DNA of 64,000 nt from Sedimentisphaerales bacterium (GCA_963663805.2 CAXXMR010000009.1:32001-96000), one strand, 5' to 3'; shown: positions 1-11,581, counted from the first letter of the stretch. Notes: generated by a model not told the origin, from the sequence alone. Program-made: numbers and translations.

Positions 1-7
1 TGTTCTG

Positions 8-1144
8 TTAGATGCAAACCGCCTGCATGATTTCGTTAAGAGCATTTTGACAGTGCTTTATTTCGTCTTCGGTATTGAAATAGGAGAAACTCAACCGCAC
101 GGAACCACCGGCTGGGCAGCCGAGACAACTGTGAATCAGCGGAGCGCAATGCAGACCCGCCCGACAGACTATCCCGAACGAGCTTTCCAGAATATAACCG
201 CATTCTTCAGCGTCCGTATCGGCGATATTGAAACTTATCATGCCCTCGCCCGCATCGGGTGCGTAAACAGTGATTTCATTCCGGCCGCAAAGAAAATCCA
301 GCATCATATCCCGCAAATATTTTTTATGGTCCCGGATAACTTCCAGATGAATATCTTCGATAAAATCAAGACCCGCTTCCAGAGCGGCAATGCCCGGAGT
401 ATTAGCAGTGCCCGCTTCGTAGTACATGGGACGCTGCGGCGGCTGATAGAGATAATCGCTGCGAATGCCTGTGCCGCCGACTTTCAGAGGTTGAACGGCC
501 AGGTTCTCGCTTAGATACACCGCGCCCACCCCTGCGATTCCGTAAAGGTTTTTATGACCGGCACAGACCAGAGCATCGACACCCCATTTTTCTGCTTCGA
601 TAGGCACAGCACCAGCCGATTGTGAGGCATCGACGATAAACAGCACATCGTGAGCTTTAATCCTTCTGCCAGTTTCCGTCAAATCCTGCACGGTCCCTGT
701 CACATTACTGCAATGGCTGACCACTACCGCCTGCGTCTCCTCTCTAATGGCACATTCGAGGTCTTTCGGGTTGATTCGCCCCTGGTTGTCGCAGTTTACA
801 ATCGAAAGTTTAAGCTTCTGGTCTCTTTCCAGGGTTTTTAAAGGTCGTAGAACAGAGTTATGTTCGATGGCGGTAGTTACCACATGTTCGCCGCCCTGGA
901 GCAGACCTTTCAAGACAAGATTGAGGCCTTCAGTCGCTCCGCCGGTAAAGATAATATTATCCACGCACGAGACACCCAGAAGCCTAGCTAGTTTGGAACG
1001 GCATGATTCAATGGTGTCTTTTTCGAGTTGTTCGGTTCCGGCTCGGCCCGGATGGAACGGTATCGAATCCAGGGATGCGGTTACGGCTTTAGATACGCCT
1101 GGAGGTTTGGGATAAGTTGTCGCGGCATTGTTGAAATATATCAT
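8..1144 (-). CDS. Cysteine desulfurase-family PLP enzyme (aminotransferase class V)
   Basis: IYFNNAATT start, EHNSV, DASQ, PLP lysine motif AGHK, catalytic Cys motif RAGLHCA. Confidence 0.9.
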   Translation of the reverse strand: MIYFNNAATTYPKPPGVSKAVTASLDSIPFHPGRAGTEQLEKDTIESCRSKLARLLGVSCVDNIIFTGGATEGLNLVLKGLLQGGEHVVTTAIEHNSVLRPLKTLERDQKLKLSIVNCDNQGRINPKDLECAIREETQAVVVSHCSNVTGTVQDLTETGRRIKAHDVLFIVDASQSAGAVPIEAEKWGVDALVCAGHKNLYGIAGVGAVYLSENLAVQPLKVGGTGIRSDYLYQPPQRPMYYEAGTANTPGIAALEAGLDFIEDIHLEVIRDHKKYLRDMMLDFLCGRNEITVYAPDAGEGMISFNIADTDAEECGYILESSFGIVCRAGLHCAPLIHSCLGCPAGGSVRLSFSYFNTEDEIKHCQNALNEIMQAVCI

Positions 1145-1166
1145 CAGCCTGACCTGTCGCTTATTT

Positions 1167-1763
1167 TCAAGCGCGGGTTATAACAAACTCACCGTAGGGG
1201 TCACCCACTTCAATGCCTTTGGTCTGTACGCATTTGAAAGCTCCCAGGCCGTTGGGGTAGTCTCCGCCATAGGCGATGTCCATAAAGGCCCGACTTACGC
1301 CTTTAATCATATAGGCACAAGGTTTTTTGACTTCCAGGGTGTCGGCAATTTCCGACTCATAATAATCGTAGGCCCGGATGACCATTTTCTGGTTCGGAAT
1401 CAGTTCTACAACCTCTGAATTTGCCCAGCCCCAGGCGGTAAATACCGCATAAGCACCGTGAAGAACATCTTCCGGAACTTTTTCAATCATGGGACCCACG
1501 ATCGCATTAAATTCTTCGGAGTTTACGATTCCGTATCCGGTATGATAACCGCATTCTGCCGCGGCCCGTTCCAGGCCCTTCTCGGCTTCATCTAAATAGT
1601 CGTCACCCGCGGCTTTGAGAATTTTTTCGGTAAAGGTATTCCAAAAATTAGCCGGCAAAAACTGCACCAATACTCCAAAAGCCGGTATCATGCCTTCTTC
1701 GTTGCCCTTAACCTTGATTTGTGATAAATCGTCAATTGCTTTGGTTCTGTCAACTGCCATCAC
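1167..1763 (-). CDS. V4R-fold small-ligand-binding protein
   Basis: AWGWA core, KPCAYMIKG and C-terminal GDPYGEF resemble the V4R pattern. Confidence 0.65.
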   Translation of the reverse strand: MMAVDRTKAIDDLSQIKVKGNEEGMIPAFGVLVQFLPANFWNTFTEKILKAAGDDYLDEAEKGLERAAAECGYHTGYGIVNSEEFNAIVGPMIEKVPEDVLHGAYAVFTAWGWANSEVVELIPNQKMVIRAYDYYESEIADTLEVKKPCAYMIKGVSRAFMDIAYGGDYPNGLGAFKCVQTKGIEVGDPYGEFVITRA

Positions 1764-1839
1764 ATAACTCCTATTGTGGTTTGTATGTTATTACTGAACT
1801 TTTGCAAAACTCCATTTATTGCTTCAGTTTCGATTTGAT

Positions 1840-2364
1840 TCAGGCCTTCTCTATGGTGAACTCACTATATGAGTCACCCTTGACGATACTTTTGGTTTCG
1901 GTAATTTCATACGAACCGATAGATTCGTCGTTAATGATGGCAAAGGCCGCCAAAATGTAGCCCTGCCCAATAAAATTAACCGGCTTTTTGTGCTCCTGCC
2001 ATTTCTTTATCCAGCCTTCATCCACGTGAGAATGACGCATTTTCGCGCTTCCGCCTCCAGAACCGTAAACATTGAGTTCGAGCTGACCCAGGCCGCAAAG
2101 ACCGCAGTACTGCTCCGCCACCGCGATCTTTTCATTGCGGTCATAAACATCCTTGCTTACAAAATATTTCTGTAATACGACATACATGGACTCCTCCGCC
2201 GCTTCACGCAGCAGGGTGGTTCCTCCAATTTTTTCCAGGTCAAACGCCAGCTTGGTAAATAGCGTTGCATAGTGATGACAGTGAAGAACAGACGTCTCCT
2301 TGTTGACATACTGCAACATTTTCTTGCCGTCAAACTCCTGCACAAAATCACATTCAATACTCAT
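1840..2364 (-). CDS. V4R-fold protein with HCHHY motif
   Basis: LHCHHY, GLGQLE, C-terminal ETKSIVKGDSYSEF; AGGAG RBS before MSIEC. Confidence 0.6.
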   Translation of the reverse strand: MSIECDFVQEFDGKKMLQYVNKETSVLHCHHYATLFTKLAFDLEKIGGTTLLREAAEESMYVVLQKYFVSKDVYDRNEKIAVAEQYCGLCGLGQLELNVYGSGGGSAKMRHSHVDEGWIKKWQEHKKPVNFIGQGYILAAFAIINDESIGSYEITETKSIVKGDSYSEFTIEKA

Positions 2365-2419
2365 CTTTAGCTCCTGTATCATGTTCGGGACATGTTATAT
2401 TTGTTACCAATACTCTTTT

Positions 2420-3574
2420 TTACCGAAAACTTTTCAACAGCCGTTTGGCTCTGACAGTTACGCGGCCAAGCCGATTAACTCCATCAATAATACGGAATTT
2501 TTCGCCGCAGGTGCGGGCGGTGTCACGTTCGACGTCGGCGCTGATTTTTGCCAGGTTCAAAATGGCATTTTGGATTTCCTGATTTGCTTTCGACTGTTCT
2601 TCCAGGCTGCGTTTGAGTTCCGAAGTTATCTCAACCAGATTACTTGTCGAGGTGTTGAATTCTTCGGTCGCGCTCGCCTGAGAGATAAGACTCTGGCTTA
2701 TCTGCTGGGTAAAATCCTTCATTTTGGTAATGTTCTGCTGAATCCCGCCAAAGGCTTCGATTACCTGATTGGCGTTTTTAGCTGATTTAGCGATGCCAGC
2801 GGTTACTTCTTCAACCGAACCGGTGATACTAAGAACATTATCGGCGCTCTGGTTGGCCAATTGTTTGACTTCATCAGCGACAACCGCGAACCCTTTGCCA
2901 AGTTCGCCCGCCCGGGCTGCTTCGATCGTAGCGTTCAAAGCCAACAGCTTGGTTTGTTCAGAAATATCCGAAATTATCTCGACAGCCTGATTAATTCTTT
3001 CGGAAGAGGTAAGCACCGAATTAATCGACTCTACCGTTTCTGTTAGAATTTTTGAACCCGCCGCGGCGGAAGTAGTCAGTTCATCAGCGATTTTGTCAGT
3101 GCTTTGCGCTTTTTCGCTGGCCTCCGTAATGGACTCCGCCATTTCTCTCGTGCCTGTCGAAAAAACTTCAACAATCTGAGCCTGCTCATCCATACGCTGC
3201 GAGATGGACTCTATACTGGTAACCATTTCCGTTACCGCGGCGGAGCTGGTTTCCGAAGCATGTCGTTGTTCTTCCATGTTTGAGGAAATATTTTCCAGGG
3301 CATCAATAGTGTTGTCCGTCATTTTAATGAAATACTCGAACGCCTTGTTCAAAACTCGAATATTCATCTCCAATTCCTGAACTTCACCGCCCTTACGGCC
3401 CATCAGGCGAACACGCCCAAAACGACGCACCAGATACATGCCGCCCAGACCCAAAATTAAAAAGGCACCAGCCCGATAATAAATATTTTGAAAAAAACTC
3501 ATCTGGGAAACCAACAAAAGTATCCCAGCATATACTACACCAAAACCATAATTTCGAAGTGATCTTAGCAACAT
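2420..3574 (-). CDS. Methyl-accepting chemotaxis protein with two N-terminal TM helices and no obvious sensor domain
   Basis: Hairpin-tip motif [30 protein letters not shown]. Confidence 0.92.
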   Translation of the reverse strand: MLLRSLRNYGFGVVYAGILLLVSQMSFFQNIYYRAGAFLILGLGGMYLVRRFGRVRLMGRKGGEVQELEMNIRVLNKAFEYFIKMTDNTIDALENISSNMEEQRHASETSSAAVTEMVTSIESISQRMDEQAQIVEVFSTGTREMAESITEASEKAQSTDKIADELTTSAAAGSKILTETVESINSVLTSSERINQAVEIISDISEQTKLLALNATIEAARAGELGKGFAVVADEVKQLANQSADNVLSITGSVEEVTAGIAKSAKNANQVIEAFGGIQQNITKMKDFTQQISQSLISQASATEEFNTSTSNLVEITSELKRSLEEQSKANQEIQNAILNLAKISADVERDTARTCGEKFRIIDGVNRLGRVTVRAKRLLKSFR

Positions 3575-3686
3575 AGCGTTACCTCTCCTCAGATAAATGA
3601 ACGTTTACAACATCCGTTCGATGAATTATCCTATAATCCAGCAATCGTTCTTGACGGTACGACCGTATGTCTCACCATGCTTTCTG

Positions 3687-3711
3687 ATTTCGGCATTCTG
3701 ATAGAGCTTGT
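3687..3711 (-). promoter_or_regulatory. Possible sigma-28 (FliA)-type promoter for the MCP operon
   Basis: Minus strand ACAAG-N12-GCCGAAAT, an imperfect match upstream of a chemoreceptor. Confidence 0.25.
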
Positions 3712-3977
3712 TGACCCAATAACGTGACCTTTCAAAAAAACATGGCTACGAATTGATAAAAAAACGCGAAATTTATATCGCCAGATGATTCAACAGGCCT
3801 GTTACGCAATTAATATCAATTTTTTTTATGTATGTATTTGCTACCAAGCGAAAATTATCGGACTTTTTCCTTTGGTTGTGCGGTTTGTCCTTGAATAACA
3901 ATTGCCAAATGATGTAAATTCTAAATTGTTGATTTAACTGTTGTTGTGCAAGTTGTGCTTTTTGTGAGGCTTTTTCG

Positions 3978-5603
3978 ATGAATTCGACTAAAAATTTCTT
4001 TACAGCAATAATCCTGTTCGCAAGTGTTCTAAACGCCGGGGAACTCCTTTATAACGGTATCGAGCTGCCTAATGTTTGGCCGCCCAACGATCTCGACCTC
4101 AAGTCCACAGAGCCTATGCCCGTGCCCTATCTCGACACCCCGCCCGCGGTCATAAAAATTGATATTGGCCGCCAGTTATTCGTCGATGATTTCCTGATAG
4201 AAACCACAAATCTGACCCGCAGATACCATTCCGCTGAGAAATACCAGGGCAACCCGGTTTTCGTCCCCGAAAGTGAGACTGAGCTGAAACTGCGAGGAGT
4301 CGTCTATCTCGGCCACGGCGGAGTTTTCTACGACCCCCAGGCTAAAGTATTTAAAATGTTTTACACCTCCGGCTGGCGCGGCCCTTTAGCCCTGGCTACC
4401 AGCACCGATATGATTCACTGGACCCGCCCGGAACTGACCAATGCCAAAGGAAATATTCTGACCGAGCAGGGCGTGGACGACACCTCAGTATGGCTGGACT
4501 TGAACGCGACCAACCCGGCTGAGCGTATCAAATTCATGGACTGCGACCGCAAGAAAACTCATTATCTCTGCATGTCCGCCGACGGAAGTGATATTTCCAG
4601 GCGTACTTATATGCCGGAAGTGGCCGGTGACTATTGTTCGTTCTTTTATAATCCCTTCCGAGAGGTCTGGGCCTTCAGCATCAAGAAAAACACTCGCGGT
4701 CGAAACCGCTACTATCTGGAATGTAAGAATTTCCTCGATGCTGCCCAGAAGTGGCAAGAAGCGGTCTATTGGACCAATGCCGACAAACTCGACCTGCCCG
4801 AACCTCAAGGTCGCTATCCCGGTGCCGGCGAGCCGACCCAACTCTACAGTCTAAATGCGGTAGCTTATGAAAGCATCATGGTGGGCATCCACTATATCCA
4901 TCGCGGACCAAACAATAAGATTTGCGAAGAAGGAAAATTCCCCAAAATAACGGACCTGGAATTGGGTTTCAGCCGGGATGGTTTCCACTGGTCCCGCCCC
5001 CAGCAGCGTGAACCGTTTATCGCCGGTACCCGAAAAGAGGGCGACTGGGACCGGGCCTATCTGCACAGTACGACCGGCGTATTTGTCCTGTGTGATGACA
5101 AACTGGTTTTCCCCTATACCGCTTTTTCCGGTGAGGCGCCGGACGGCAGTCGCGGCATATATCACGGTGCCCGTATAGGCCTGGCTTACCTGCGGCGTGA
5201 TGGTTTCGCTTCGATGGACGCCGACAACAAAACCGGGGAGCTGATTACCCGCCCGGTACAATTCACCGGCCAATGCCTTTTCGCCAACCTGAAAGCGACC
5301 GAAGGTACGCTTAAAGCCGAACTTCTTAATGAGCAGGGCCAACCTATAGAGCCGTTCACATTCGCCAACAGCATCCCGGCCACCGGCGATAAAACCCTGG
5401 CTAGATTGAAATGGCAGGGGGGTGATAGTCTTGAAAAACTTCAAGGCAAACCGGTTCGTTTCCGTTTCGTACTGACCGATGGTTTGCTGTACTCATTCTG
5501 GGTAAGTCGCGACAATACCGGCCGCAGTGATGGATACCTCGCCGCTGGGGCCCCTGGTTACGACAGTCTGATAGACAACAAGCAAACCGTAATAAAGCAG
5601 TAG
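3978..5603 (+). CDS. Secreted five-bladed beta-propeller glycoside hydrolase (GH32/43-like)
   Basis: Signal peptide, RQLFVDDFLI, SRDGFHW Asp-box, LRRDGFASM. Confidence 0.7.
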   Translation: MNSTKNFFTAIILFASVLNAGELLYNGIELPNVWPPNDLDLKSTEPMPVPYLDTPPAVIKIDIGRQLFVDDFLIETTNLTRRYHSAEKYQGNPVFVPESETELKLRGVVYLGHGGVFYDPQAKVFKMFYTSGWRGPLALATSTDMIHWTRPELTNAKGNILTEQGVDDTSVWLDLNATNPAERIKFMDCDRKKTHYLCMSADGSDISRRTYMPEVAGDYCSFFYNPFREVWAFSIKKNTRGRNRYYLECKNFLDAAQKWQEAVYWTNADKLDLPEPQGRYPGAGEPTQLYSLNAVAYESIMVGIHYIHRGPNNKICEEGKFPKITDLELGFSRDGFHWSRPQQREPFIAGTRKEGDWDRAYLHSTTGVFVLCDDKLVFPYTAFSGEAPDGSRGIYHGARIGLAYLRRDGFASMDADNKTGELITRPVQFTGQCLFANLKATEGTLKAELLNEQGQPIEPFTFANSIPATGDKTLARLKWQGGDSLEKLQGKPVRFRFVLTDGLLYSFWVSRDNTGRSDGYLAAGAPGYDSLIDNKQTVIKQ

Positions 5604-5700
5604 TCACAATAGTTAGCCCCGCCACCGAGACATCTGACGATGTTTCGGCAATTGGTGAGGTTCGACCACCCACTACCAAATCAATCCAAACCCTCATTAG

Positions 5701-5730
5701 AAGCCGAGCCGCGTAAGCGGCCGGATTCGA
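5701..5730. repeat. REP-like palindrome
   Basis: GCCGC-GTAA-GCGGC hairpin between convergent genes. Confidence 0.4.
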
Positions 5731-5820
5731 CCACCCTCAACCGTCCCTTTACCCCAAAATTATTATCGACCTCGTCGAAGACAGGCGTCATACCGTTGAT
5801 GTAGCCTCAAGGTTTTTTCG

Positions 5821-5861
5821 TTTTGATATTATTTAGAATTTAGAATTTCCGGCATGTCCGG
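5821..5861. repeat. TTTAGAA heptamer repeat plus small hairpin (dispersed element copy 1)
   Basis: tttagaa tttagaa tttcc ggcatgtccgg. Confidence 0.55.
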
Positions 5862-5863
5862 CC

Positions 5864-7408
5864 CTATTCCCATTCAATAGTAGCCGGCGGCTTACTGGAA
5901 ATATCATAAACCACGCGATTGACTCCACGCACCTCATTGATAATACGGCTGGAGATTCGTGCCAGCACTTTATAGGGGATATGCACCCAGTCAGCGGTCA
6001 TGAAATCGGTAGTTTCCACCGCCCGCACTGCCACCACGTTTTCGTAGCTGCGGTCGTCGCCCATTACACCCACGGAGCTGATGGGCAGCAGTACGGCCAG
6101 TGCCTGTCCGATGGAGCGGTAGAGTCCGGCGGCTCGGATTTCGTCAATAACAATTTCATCAGCTTCACGCAGCACTTCGAGTCGCGGCTTGGTAATATCG
6201 CCGATGATACGCACCGCCAGGCCCGGCCCGGGGAACGGATGTCGCCAGACAATCGGTTCCGGCAATCCCAGATGTTCACCCATAACGCGAACCTCATCTT
6301 TGAAAAGGTCGCGCAGAGGCTCGACTAATTCAAAGCCCAGTTCTTCCGGTAGTCCGCCAACGTTATGATGGAGTTTGATGTTTGCGGCGGGATTTCCGTT
6401 GCGATGTCCGGATTCGATGACGTCGGGGTAGAGTGTACCTTGGGCGAGGAAGTGAGCGTCGTCGATTTTGTCGGCCTCTGACTTAAACGCTTCGATAAAC
6501 TCGTGTCCAATGATAATACGTTTCTTTTGAGGATCCGTAACACCGGCCAGCCTATCGAGGAATCGTGCTGACCAGTCCACCACGCGCAAATCAAGCTTGA
6601 AGTGATCACGAAATGTTGTTTCGACACTGTCACGTTCTCCCTTTCTGAGTAATCCGTTATCAACGAAGATGCAAACCAGCTGCTCGCCGATGGCCTTATG
6701 CAGCAGAGCCGCCAGTACCGACGAATCAACCCCGCCGCTCAGCCCGCAGATTACGGTCTTGTCGCCGACCTGCTGGCGAATTCTTTCGCATTCCTGTTCG
6801 ATGAAATTGCCCATCTGCCAGTCACCTTTGCATTGACAAATGGTATATAGGAAATTCTGAAAAATCTGAGTACCGCAGGGCGTGTGCGTAACTTCCGGAT
6901 GAAACTGCACACCGAAAAACGGCATCGTTTTATGGCGAACCGCGGCATAAGGGCAGGTCGGCGTCTCTGCCAGCGGGATAAATTCTTCCGGCAGTTCGTT
7001 CACCTGGTCACCGTGGCTCATCCAGACGACTTTCTCGCCGGTAATCTGGGCCAGCAGCCCTTCACTTTGTTTCAGAGTCAGCCGCGTCGAGCCGTACTCA
7101 CGCGAATGAGCCACATCAACTTTTGCGCCCAAAAGATTACAGGCTATCTGCATACCGTAGCAGATACCCATCACCGGCAAACCCAGCTCAAGCATTTTCG
7201 GGTCACACTTCGGCGCCCCGTCGGCATAAACACTCGCCGGCCCGCCGGAAAGGATAATGCCTTTAAGATTATATTTTTTCAGCTCATCAACGCTTATGTC
7301 ATGCGGACAGATAATACTGAATACATTATGTTCACGAACCCGGCGGGCGATAAGCTGCACATACTGACTGCCGAAGTCGATAATAGCAATAGTTTCAGAC
7401 TGATTCAT
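5864..7408 (-). CDS. guaA: GMP synthase (glutamine-hydrolysing)
   Basis: DFGSQY, GICYGMQ, QFHPEV, SGGVDS, C-terminal KPPATIEWE. Confidence 0.98.
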   Translation of the reverse strand: MNQSETIAIIDFGSQYVQLIARRVREHNVFSIICPHDISVDELKKYNLKGIILSGGPASVYADGAPKCDPKMLELGLPVMGICYGMQIACNLLGAKVDVAHSREYGSTRLTLKQSEGLLAQITGEKVVWMSHGDQVNELPEEFIPLAETPTCPYAAVRHKTMPFFGVQFHPEVTHTPCGTQIFQNFLYTICQCKGDWQMGNFIEQECERIRQQVGDKTVICGLSGGVDSSVLAALLHKAIGEQLVCIFVDNGLLRKGERDSVETTFRDHFKLDLRVVDWSARFLDRLAGVTDPQKKRIIIGHEFIEAFKSEADKIDDAHFLAQGTLYPDVIESGHRNGNPAANIKLHHNVGGLPEELGFELVEPLRDLFKDEVRVMGEHLGLPEPIVWRHPFPGPGLAVRIIGDITKPRLEVLREADEIVIDEIRAAGLYRSIGQALAVLLPISSVGVMGDDRSYENVVAVRAVETTDFMTADWVHIPYKVLARISSRIINEVRGVNRVVYDISSKPPATIEWE

Positions 7409-7525
7409 TAAGCTAAATTCTCTTAAAAGTAACATTACACAAAAAACAACTCATCAGGGCTGCCCACATAAGTAAGCGATGCCGTTGACGTTATTGCCGT
7501 TTTAAATTTGTTTCGATTTTTGCCA

Positions 7526-7575
7526 TTTGAGATTTGGATTTATTTAGAATTTAGGATTTAGTGTTTAGGATTTTC
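7526..7575. repeat. Degenerate TTTAGRA heptamer tandem repeat (copy 2)
   Basis: tttagaa tttagga tttagtg tttagga tttt. Confidence 0.55.
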
Positions 7576-7588
7576 TGTCTGCCGTTGT

Positions 7589-8047
7589 TTAATATTCTTC
7601 CTTAGAGGCAACATTTGACGGTTCCGGCTGAAAATCAAACACCGCCGGCTGAACCGACTGACTGTCACGACTGCTCTGGCTTTTCCAGGGAGGATGGGCG
7701 ACAGCCGAGACCGGCAGTAAAACTGTATCAATGATAAATTCCGCCGGAGCGGTCACCGCCGCCCATAAATCGTCCGAGCCAGCCTGGAAATATCCATCCT
7801 GTTCATCCGCCGCTTCATAAGGGTTCGCCAGGTAAAGCTGAGTATGTTCGGTCCCCATGTTCCTATACTCAAGCGTCATTTCAGGCCAGGGCCGCGGCGT
7901 TATCTCCAGTTCACCCTGAACCGAATTTTGCCCCTGAGCTTCAGCCTGCATTACCGGAGCGGGCTTAGCATTGTCCTTGCCGCAGCCGATTAGCATGGTT
8001 AGTGTTAGCATAGTAACCGTTAACTTGATTGCTGATTTAGTCTTCAT
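7589..8047 (-). CDS. Lipoprotein of unknown function
   Basis: Lipobox LIGC after a hydrophobic stretch; lies between guaB and guaA. Confidence 0.7.
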   Translation of the reverse strand: MKTKSAIKLTVTMLTLTMLIGCGKDNAKPAPVMQAEAQGQNSVQGELEITPRPWPEMTLEYRNMGTEHTQLYLANPYEAADEQDGYFQAGSDDLWAAVTAPAEFIIDTVLLPVSAVAHPPWKSQSSRDSQSVQPAVFDFQPEPSNVASKEEY

Positions 8048-8077
8048 AGAGTATGTCGTTCCGTATCTGGTTTTCGG

Positions 8078-9550
8078 TTAGAAGTCGGATGTGTCTGCCC
8101 GCGACTGATAGTTCGGTGCCTCGTGGGTAATAGCGATGTCATGCGGGTGACTTTCCATCATGCCCGCAGAGGTGATGCGGATGAACTTGCTTTCTTTACG
8201 CAACGCTTCGATATTCGGCGTGCCGCAATATCCCATCCCTGCCCGGATACCGCCTACCAGTTGATACACATATTCCGAAAGCGGACCGCGATAAGGCACG
8301 CGTCCTTCCACACCTTCCGGTACGAGTTTGTGAGCTTCTTTGGTAAGTTGGCCATAGCGGGTACCCCCGCCGGTGACCATCGCACCCAGCGAGCCCATAC
8401 CGCGATATTGTTTGAAACGCCTGCCTTTGTAGATTACCAGTTCGCCGGGTGATTCGTCCAGCCCGGCAAAAAGCGAGCCCAACATAACAGATGAAGCACC
8501 CGCCGCTATCGCCTTCACGATGTCGCCCGAATGCCGGATGCCGCCGTCCGCGATAACCGGCACGCCTGCTTCGTCACCTGCCGAGGCACAATCCATAACA
8601 GCCGTTACCTGCGGCACGCCCACACCCGAAACCACGCGAGTAGTGCAGATAGCTCCCGGCCCGATTCCCACCCGGATAGCATCGGCACCCGCGGCAATCA
8701 GGTCACGGGCAGCCTGAGCCGTGGCGACATTGCCGGCGATTATGTCAATATGGTGTTTCTTGCGAATTTCCCGAACGGTATCGAGTACATTTTTCGAATG
8801 ACCGTGCGCTGAATCCACGATGATAAGGTCAACATCCTTGGCGATGAGCTTTTCGACACGTTCGTAATCGTGAACATTCACCGAAGCTCCCACTCGCAGA
8901 CGACCGCGGGAATCCTTCGAAGCGTTGGGGAACTGGTGCATACGCTCGATGTCCCGCATCGTAATCAAGCCCACGAGTTTGCCATTGCCGTCGGTGAGCA
9001 GGAGTTTTTCGACCTTATGCTTATTCAGAATCGCTTCTGCCTGGTCGAGGGTGGTATCAGCCGGCCCGGTGAAAAGTTTGTCGCTGGTCATGACCGATTC
9101 GATTTTCTGGCCGTAGTCTTCCAGAAACTTCAGGTCGCGGCGAGTCAAAATGCCGACCAGTTTCTTGTCGTTGATGACAATTGGTACGCCGGAAATATTG
9201 AACTTAGCCATCAGCTCACGCGCCGTGCTGACCGTGTCGTTGGGCGAAAGGGTTACCGGGTCAAGAATCACCCCGTTTTCACTACGCTTGACTTTATCAA
9301 CCTCGCGGACCTGGTCCTCGATGGTCAGGTTCTTATGAACAATCCCGATCCCGCCTTCCTGGGCCAGAGCGATAGCCAACGCCGATTCCGTAACCGTGTC
9401 CATAGGAGAACTTATCAGCGGAATGTTAATTTCGATATTGCGGGTGAGTTTTGTGCGGGTATCAGCGTCGCGCGGTAGAAAATTGGTCTGCTGGGGGATT
9501 AGCAGAACGTCGTCGAAAGTGATACCCTCTCCGATAATTCGGTCTGTCAT
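8078..9550 (-). CDS. guaB: IMP dehydrogenase
   Basis: TFDDVLL, CBS pair, [10 protein letters not shown] active site, YRGMGS. Confidence 0.98.
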   Translation of the reverse strand: MTDRIIGEGITFDDVLLIPQQTNFLPRDADTRTKLTRNIEINIPLISSPMDTVTESALAIALAQEGGIGIVHKNLTIEDQVREVDKVKRSENGVILDPVTLSPNDTVSTARELMAKFNISGVPIVINDKKLVGILTRRDLKFLEDYGQKIESVMTSDKLFTGPADTTLDQAEAILNKHKVEKLLLTDGNGKLVGLITMRDIERMHQFPNASKDSRGRLRVGASVNVHDYERVEKLIAKDVDLIIVDSAHGHSKNVLDTVREIRKKHHIDIIAGNVATAQAARDLIAAGADAIRVGIGPGAICTTRVVSGVGVPQVTAVMDCASAGDEAGVPVIADGGIRHSGDIVKAIAAGASSVMLGSLFAGLDESPGELVIYKGRRFKQYRGMGSLGAMVTGGGTRYGQLTKEAHKLVPEGVEGRVPYRGPLSEYVYQLVGGIRAGMGYCGTPNIEALRKESKFIRITSAGMMESHPHDIAITHEAPNYQSRADTSDF

Positions 9551-9712
9551 AGTAATCGCTGCTCCGTCAGGGATGACTAAAGTTTATAACCTGCTGGAAT
9601 ATCTCAAGTGGGTTTACGATTTATCGCAGGCCGTTCAATATTTAATCGGTCAGTCTAGCAGGCCCCCGCGGATGCGTCAAGACTTAAAAACAGGCTCCTG
9701 GCGGTTAAACGT

Positions 9713-10369
9713 TCAACCTCTGGTACCGTTGCGGTTTTTAGGCTGGATTACCGGGAGGTTCCAGCCTTTTTGCAGGGCGGTCAGGCGTAAGGTGAAGACC
9801 GACGTGGCGGTCAGCAGGATGTTCAGGGGCTGAGGCAGGTTTACTTTGGCGAAGATAACGAAAAGGATTGCCCCGGCGATCGAGGTAGTGGCGTAAACAT
9901 CGCGTCTGAGAATCAGCGGAACCTGACCAGCGAGGGTATCGCGAAAAATACCGCCAAAAACCCCGCTAATGCAGCCCATAATGACCGCGACAGGGCCGGA
10001 GTAGCCCAGACTAAGGGTCTTGCTGGCACCAATAACGGTGAAAATGGCCAGCCCGAAGGCGTCAAGAATCTTCAAAACGCGTACGGTACGGTATTTATCC
10101 TGCTGAACGATCGCCGGCAGGGCCATACCCAGGATGATAACGAAGATATAATTGCCGTCTCTGGTCCAGAAGACACCATCGGCACCGAGAATGACATCAC
10201 GGACCGTGCCGCCGCCGACCGCGGTAATCGCCGCCAGCACCAGCATACCAAACAGGTCCATCCGCCGTCGTATCGCCACTAACGCTCCGGTCAGGGCGAA
10301 AACGAAGGTGCCCAGCAAGTCACAGTAGTAAAGGGTCATCGCTTCCATGCTTTGCGGGCAGTTTAACAT
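9713..10369 (-). CDS. Trimeric intracellular cation channel family membrane protein (UPF0126/YadS-like)
   Basis: FALTGA, GGGTVRD, GGIFRD, highly hydrophobic. Confidence 0.88.
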   Translation of the reverse strand: MLNCPQSMEAMTLYYCDLLGTFVFALTGALVAIRRRMDLFGMLVLAAITAVGGGTVRDVILGADGVFWTRDGNYIFVIILGMALPAIVQQDKYRTVRVLKILDAFGLAIFTVIGASKTLSLGYSGPVAVIMGCISGVFGGIFRDTLAGQVPLILRRDVYATTSIAGAILFVIFAKVNLPQPLNILLTATSVFTLRLTALQKGWNLPVIQPKNRNGTRG

Positions 10370-10395
10370 GGATGCAACATTATTGCAATAACTGG

Positions 10396-11253
10396 TCAGA
10401 CACCTTTGCGATATTCTTTGGGGGAAACGCCGAACCAGCGTTTGAAGGCATCAGAAAAAGCATAAGGCGTGCTGTAGCCGATTTTGGCGGAGATGGTGCT
10501 GAGATTGTAACTCGTGTTCTTGAGCAGGTTAGCGGCGGTCTCCATACGGATTCGAGTGACCATTTTGATGGGGGTAACGCCCATATTCTCGATGAAAACC
10601 TTCATAAAGTGGCTCTTGGAGAGGAATAGTCCGGACTGTTCGGAAAGCGATTCGACATCCCAAGGGGATTGAGGGTCGGCGTAGATTCTACCAACCAGGC
10701 TGTTAAGTTTTTCGAGAATCTCCTGCTGGTAAATGTTCATTTCGGTGCGGAGTTCCTCACGGAGATACTGGGAGAGCAGGTCGCAGAGGCTCTGGACGAT
10801 GGTCTTCGAGCCGGAGGTGAGTTTAGCATTTTCCCGGAGAAGTTGATTAAATATCCAGAGTACCTCGTTGCCAAACTTGGCCGGGCCGATGATATTGTGC
10901 TTCTTGACGATGTCCCAGCCGTGATTCTCCGCTATCCAGAACCAGAGGAAGCTCCAGGATTTTCCTTTGGTTTTATAATGCTGGGCCCGACCGTAATGGG
11001 TCACAAAAAGCGTTCTTGGGGGTATGTCTATTTCCTGGTCATCTTCGAGCGACTGGCCCATCCCGTCAAAGGTGTAAATCATCTGATTATAATAAGGATT
11101 GGGCCTGAAGATTAAATAATCAGCATTTACGTTACTCTGACCGCCGAAAAGAATGCCAATCTGAGAGAGAAAATCAATGTCGGGCAGGATTAATTCTTTG
11201 CAGCCGGGGCCAATAATAATCGTTTCGCGTATGTTTTTAAAACTTCTACCCAT
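10396..11253 (-). CDS. AraC-family transcriptional regulator
   Basis: C-terminal double HTH ending IGYSTPYAFSDAFKRWFGVSPKEYR; divergent from glycan cluster. Confidence 0.92.
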   Translation of the reverse strand: MGRSFKNIRETIIIGPGCKELILPDIDFLSQIGILFGGQSNVNADYLIFRPNPYYNQMIYTFDGMGQSLEDDQEIDIPPRTLFVTHYGRAQHYKTKGKSWSFLWFWIAENHGWDIVKKHNIIGPAKFGNEVLWIFNQLLRENAKLTSGSKTIVQSLCDLLSQYLREELRTEMNIYQQEILEKLNSLVGRIYADPQSPWDVESLSEQSGLFLSKSHFMKVFIENMGVTPIKMVTRIRMETAANLLKNTSYNLSTISAKIGYSTPYAFSDAFKRWFGVSPKEYRKGV

Positions 11254-11581
11254 TTTAACCGCCTGTTATAAATACTATAATGACCTCACAGTAGTAAATA
11301 AAACAAAAGAGATAGTCAAGTGTCAAGAGATATTGATAAAACAACTAATCATTTTAACCCTAAATCTTTATTGCATATAAAGATATGTCTTATTGGCAAC
11401 GAGAAATGCCCGGACCGGTTCATTATGGGGCCTTGCCGACAAAAAGGATATGGCAGGCCATAAACCGTAAAGGCGAGAAAAGATTTTTTCCTTTGGATAT
11501 GAGATTTAAATTTGAGATGATGGAATAGAACTTCGTATGTTTGAAGTTTGGCTTTTAATACTTTTTCAATGGAGGTCTGTG

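Noticed and set aside
11380..11480. Riboswitch or sigma-54 promoter upstream of the glycan cluster
   Set aside because: GG-to-GC spacing is 11 instead of 10, and the single hairpin matches no aptamer I recognise.
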